A stretch of DNA of 63,609 nt from a virus (Duplodnaviria > Caudoviricetes). The stretch spans positions 1 through 63,609 of IMG/VR virus record IMGVR_UViG_3300037461_000542. One strand, given 5' to 3'. Shown here piece after piece: positions 60,183 through 63,609 of the stretch. The notes beneath the pieces were generated by a model. That model was not told the DNA's origin. It searched no databases and saw only the letters and a program-made list of their open reading frames with translations. Made by a program: the position numbers and the translations under genes. Numbering within the stretch: position 1 is the first letter of the stretch; each line of letters opens with the position of its first letter.

Positions 60183-60929
60183 TTACTTTTGCAGAATGTG
60201 CGTCTTAATGTTTTGTTTCAAGGTATCATTGGAAACAGCGCAAGACACCAGCCCAACAATACCACCTGAGTCATGGAATCTGTCGAGTGTCATATCTTTG
60301 TATCCCTGGAGAAACGAAATCTTTTCCCGATTCTGCATGATGCGGAGAAAGTAGGGAGCAGCAGAGTAAACGTAGGATCTGTCGTTGCCGTGGATGCTAT
60401 CCACATTACTCTTCAATTTACTCATGTATTCCTTAGCAGTTGCTAACTTCTCTTTCAATAGCTCTTGAGCACCTAACCGTATCATCAATGAATACAGGGA
60501 TATGGTGGCAGGTGCTTCAAGCCATTCCTTACTACCTCTAAAAATGTAGACATCTTTTTTCACAGGAAGTAATTTTGATTCCTTGCGAAATCCTGCATCG
60601 TGCTCAAACACACGGATCATGTGCAGGGCATTTTCAACCTCTTCCGCAAAGTTGAAACGGGTGGAGGTAACAGCCAGCCTCAACGCAGAAGTGTCGATCA
60701 TGGGATCCTTTGACGGATGATAATCAAATCCGTACACGACTTGATAATTGGCTGGAGGAAACAACGTGGTGCGTATTCCATCGTGCAGGTAATCTCTGCA
60801 TTTTACCCACGGATGGCACATTTGGTACACACCTGCCTCCACTCTACGACAGAGGGAGAACCTGTAGTTAACCTCTTGTGATATTTCGGAGAGATCCATA
60901 CTCCGTTTTGGCATCTTCAAGGTAATCAT
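60183..60929 (-). CDS. Hypothetical protein heading the ligase cluster
   Basis: CHPWVKCRDYLHD...ISLYSLMIRLG...FHDSGGIV; RBS AGGAGG. Confidence 0.7.
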   Translation of the reverse strand: MITLKMPKRSMDLSEISQEVNYRFSLCRRVEAGVYQMCHPWVKCRDYLHDGIRTTLFPPANYQVVYGFDYHPSKDPMIDTSALRLAVTSTRFNFAEEVENALHMIRVFEHDAGFRKESKLLPVKKDVYIFRGSKEWLEAPATISLYSLMIRLGAQELLKEKLATAKEYMSKLKSNVDSIHGNDRSYVYSAAPYFLRIMQNREKISFLQGYKDMTLDRFHDSGGIVGLVSCAVSNDTLKQNIKTHILQK

Positions 60930-60937
60930 CGTGCCTC

Positions 60938-62979
60938 CTAAAAATTGAGTGCGTGTTGAGCTACTTCCACTGCCTGCTGGATGTAGCTTGCACGGTTATC
61001 GTGCGCTTCCACCACCACATTATCCTCGTCGAAACAGCGAGGGCAGATTTCCATTATGTCTGGATTCTGCCGCAAGGAATCGTTGGAGAACCAACGTTCC
61101 CCACATTTGCACTCCACCACCAGTCTCATGGCTCCTCCTATACGATTTTAACGGTTTGTTTTGAACTGCTCTCTTTGAATCCCAGATTAGAATACGTATC
61201 CTGATCAGATACCCATCCACGTATACGCATTTTCTCGTAACTGTTGTACCAATTATTGAGGAATGTTATGAAATACTCTCCATTCGCAAACAGGCATACA
61301 ACGTGGCCTTCATCACTTTCCTTGTGCAATGTAAGTTTTACCATAGTTGCACCGTGTTCCTTCCAGATTTCAGAGCAAATCCAGATGCTATGATTGATTC
61401 TTCATACGACCAAATCCAAGCACGCAAGCACAGATTATTCGATTGACTGTACAGAAATGTGAAGATGTTCTGTATGTTATTGAATTCCACCTCCTTCCCC
61501 TCCGCTTTAATACATAGAGTGTGTCCAGGAGCATTCGCAGGTTTAATCGAGATCTTGATCATATTCATAGCTGCTCTCCCACGGATCCGCCTCATCCCCC
61601 AAGGGGATGGGAAACTCAGTTTCATACCCGAAATCTTGGTCCCACATATCACGAATAAGCACAGTTTTATGCGGACCGGGCAACTCATTGAGACAACGAT
61701 TAAAAGAAGCAATGTCTGAGTCTGTGTGTAGTGGTTCAACCATGCGTACTGTGTATCTGTACACCCCCTTCCCATGTGTCATTGATTCAACGGACAGATA
61801 CGAATCACAAGCCGTGGCTTGCGATCCGCAGAGCATAACACCGAGCACTGCAATTCGAATGGCGAGTTTAATCACGTTGTCCTCCATATCCGTGTAATCT
61901 TGTACCGTTTCCACATTGGAAGCCGCATCCATTGACCCCATACAATATCCCATCCGGGGTCATTTTCCCCTACCGAGTAGCAATCATCGAAGAAATAGAG
62001 GAGCTGTACCATTTCTCACCTCCTGCAAACGAGAAAACCGATCACAAGCAGTATGCCTATGACCGTGTAAGCAATGAGATCTTGAATTGGTAACTGTACA
62101 GCGTGAATGTAGTCATACCGTAGTGGACCCATGATTAGAACCTCGCAAGAAGATGGTAAATGTCATTCAAATACTCTTGCTTGTGCATGTAGAGATGCAA
62201 ACTGGCAAGCACAAGACAAGATACCATAACCACATTCCACATGAAATTGTAAAGCTTGTTCATACATCACCACCAAATCATGTAAGCGGTTAATCCCAGG
62301 AACAACAGAACATACAACATGGCAAGATACAGGATTGTCATACAGCACCTCTCCGTTTACGGTTAGCTTGCAACACTTCCTCCGAGGTACAATGTCTGGC
62401 AACATCTGAGAAATACTCCACGTTATACCCACCGCATCCATTGTGCTTGAATTTGTAGCCCCACATATTGCCAGCTCCAGTCAATGGACGATGCCGCCTC
62501 TCACTTTCACCTTCAGCCCCATGCATCACTTCTTGATCCCGTTTCAACGTATCCTCCACCTGTTTCCTTGTGCGTACACTGTCGTACCGTTCCACCTTAC
62601 AGTTACGTCCAATCTTGACAGCGTAGTGCTCATCTGTCAACAGTTTCTTTTCGGAGCGAGGCATATCAGGTATGCAGGATGGGGTGTTTGGAGTATCGTC
62701 AACCGATATTTTCGCTGTAGATATGGGCTTATGCGTATAGCGTACAAACCATGTAACGGACATCTCCCCGTTTTTCAAGAGGGTATAGGCTACAATTTCA
62801 CCCGATGCAAACCCACGGCGCAATGCCCTATTCAAATAGCCCCAATTTACACGGGCTGTATGATCTCCAAATAACGAGGCCGGAAGTGTACCAGCCATCC
62901 GTCTGCTGATAACATTCCGGTCTCCATCGTCAAACTGTGGCTTACGTTGCCAATTCAAGAGTTGCATAGCGTGCTCCAT
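60938..62979 (-). other. Array of small early-region hypothetical ORFs (60938-61129, 61138-61344, 61543-61953, 62163-62441, 62338-62979)
   Basis: Co-oriented short ORFs with RBS. One has a CxC..CxxC site and one a signal-peptide-like start. Confidence 0.55.
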
Positions 62980-63006
62980 GTTAGGGGTTAGAGTTTGAGA
63001 TCATAA

Positions 63007-63040
63007 GCAAGCGCACAATCCATATGGATCATGCGCTTGT
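63007..63040 (-). terminator. Stem-loop downstream of the junction-spanning gene
   Basis: GCAAGCGCA..ATCCATATGGAT..TGCGCTTGT nested inverted repeat. Confidence 0.5.
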
Positions 63041-63060
63041 TATTGCCTCAATCCTCTGGT

Positions 63061-63609
63061 CTACAGTTGCACGTAGACGACCTTACTCTTGGCTTCTTTC
63101 GCCTGCGGCATGGCGAACAGCCGGACCTTGAACTCATTCAACAGCCCGGCGGGTGGATTAAACAGCGCCGCTTTCTCGTCCGGGGTGAAGATGTCGGCCA
63201 GCCCTTGCACTTTCACCGCTGCGGCGATCTTCTCGCAAGCGGTATTCAACTTGCGGATCACGTTCGCCCGTTTCGCCCTGGTAATGATCTCTTTCTTGAG
63301 ATCGCTGTCAATGGCATCGACGAGATCTCCGTCCGTCCGTCCGTCTCCCTCGAAAGAATAGACCATGTACGCCAGTCCGTCTACGTCTCGCACATACCCC
63401 ATACCAATGGACAGTTCACGTGCTTCCTGCGGCGTTAGCGTTGCACCGTCCAACTTCACGCCCCACTTGGAAACATCGGCGGCGTTTGGCTTCCCCTTGG
63501 GCTTGATCATGGAAGCATCGCTTCCAGCCGGAAAGCAAAGCACGTCAAACGCCAGACTTTTCCCGCCCATAACCCATGCGCCCTTGGAGTCAAGGCGCGG
63601 TACGCGAAC
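63061..63609 (-). CDS. C-terminal part of the 215-aa junction-spanning hypothetical protein
   Basis: Frame continuous with 1-226 once the overlap is removed. Confidence 0.85.
   Translation of the reverse strand, partial: VRVPRLDSKGAWVMGGKSLAFDVLCFPAGSDASMIKPKGKPNAADVSKWGVKLDGATLTPQEARELSIGMGYVRDVDGLAYMVYSFEGDGRTDGDLVDAIDSDLKKEIITRAKRANVIRKLNTACEKIAAAVKVQGLADIFTPDEKAALFNPPAGLLNEFKVRLFAMPQAKEAKSKVVYVQL
63483..63609. repeat. Terminal direct repeat, copy 2
   Basis: Identical to 1-127. Confidence 0.95.

Noticed and set aside
1-63609. Genome-wide UGA reassignment (code 4 or 25) as the explanation for 9024-9374
   Set aside because: TGA is a normal stop elsewhere (7191, 17101, 20584, 36894 and several ATGA overlaps), long genes are intact in code 11, and the two TGAs sit at Cys rather than Trp/Gly positions.
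63483-63609. Biological direct terminal repeat
   Set aside because: The 127-nt length matches a common assembly k-mer and the repeat lies mid-gene, so it is more likely circular overlap.
1-63609. tRNA genes (including tRNA-Sec), DGR/reverse transcriptase, integrase
   Set aside because: None recognisable by eye. tRNAscan-SE/ARAGORN and HMM searches would be needed to exclude them firmly.

Overview
Apparently complete, circularly assembled ~63.5 kb tailed (podovirus-like) phage genome. The first 127 nt repeat at the end, and a gene reads through the junction. The + strand half (908-38192) holds packaging and virion genes: a lambda GpA-type terminase, a P22-like portal, an N4-gp56-like major capsid, adaptors, a fibre, ejection proteins and a 2433-aa protein. 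The - strand half (38234 to end) holds replication and metabolism genes: PolA, primase, helicase, class II RNR, endonuclease I, an HNH endonuclease, a sigma factor, an acyl carrier protein, a lysozyme and a phiEco32-like amidoligase/ATP-grasp/GATase cluster. Two features are missed by the ORF track. (1) A hidden 116-aa phospholipase A2-like gene (9024-9374) has in-frame TGA codons at both conserved Cys positions, each followed by a SECIS-like hairpin. It is a candidate phage-encoded double-selenocysteine protein, possibly with a diselenide bond. (2) A 293-nt group I intron (15019-15311) splits the major capsid gene. All family calls come from motif recognition by eye; no database searches were run. 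An anaerobic, selenocysteine-using host (e.g. Desulfobacterota) is inferred, not shown.
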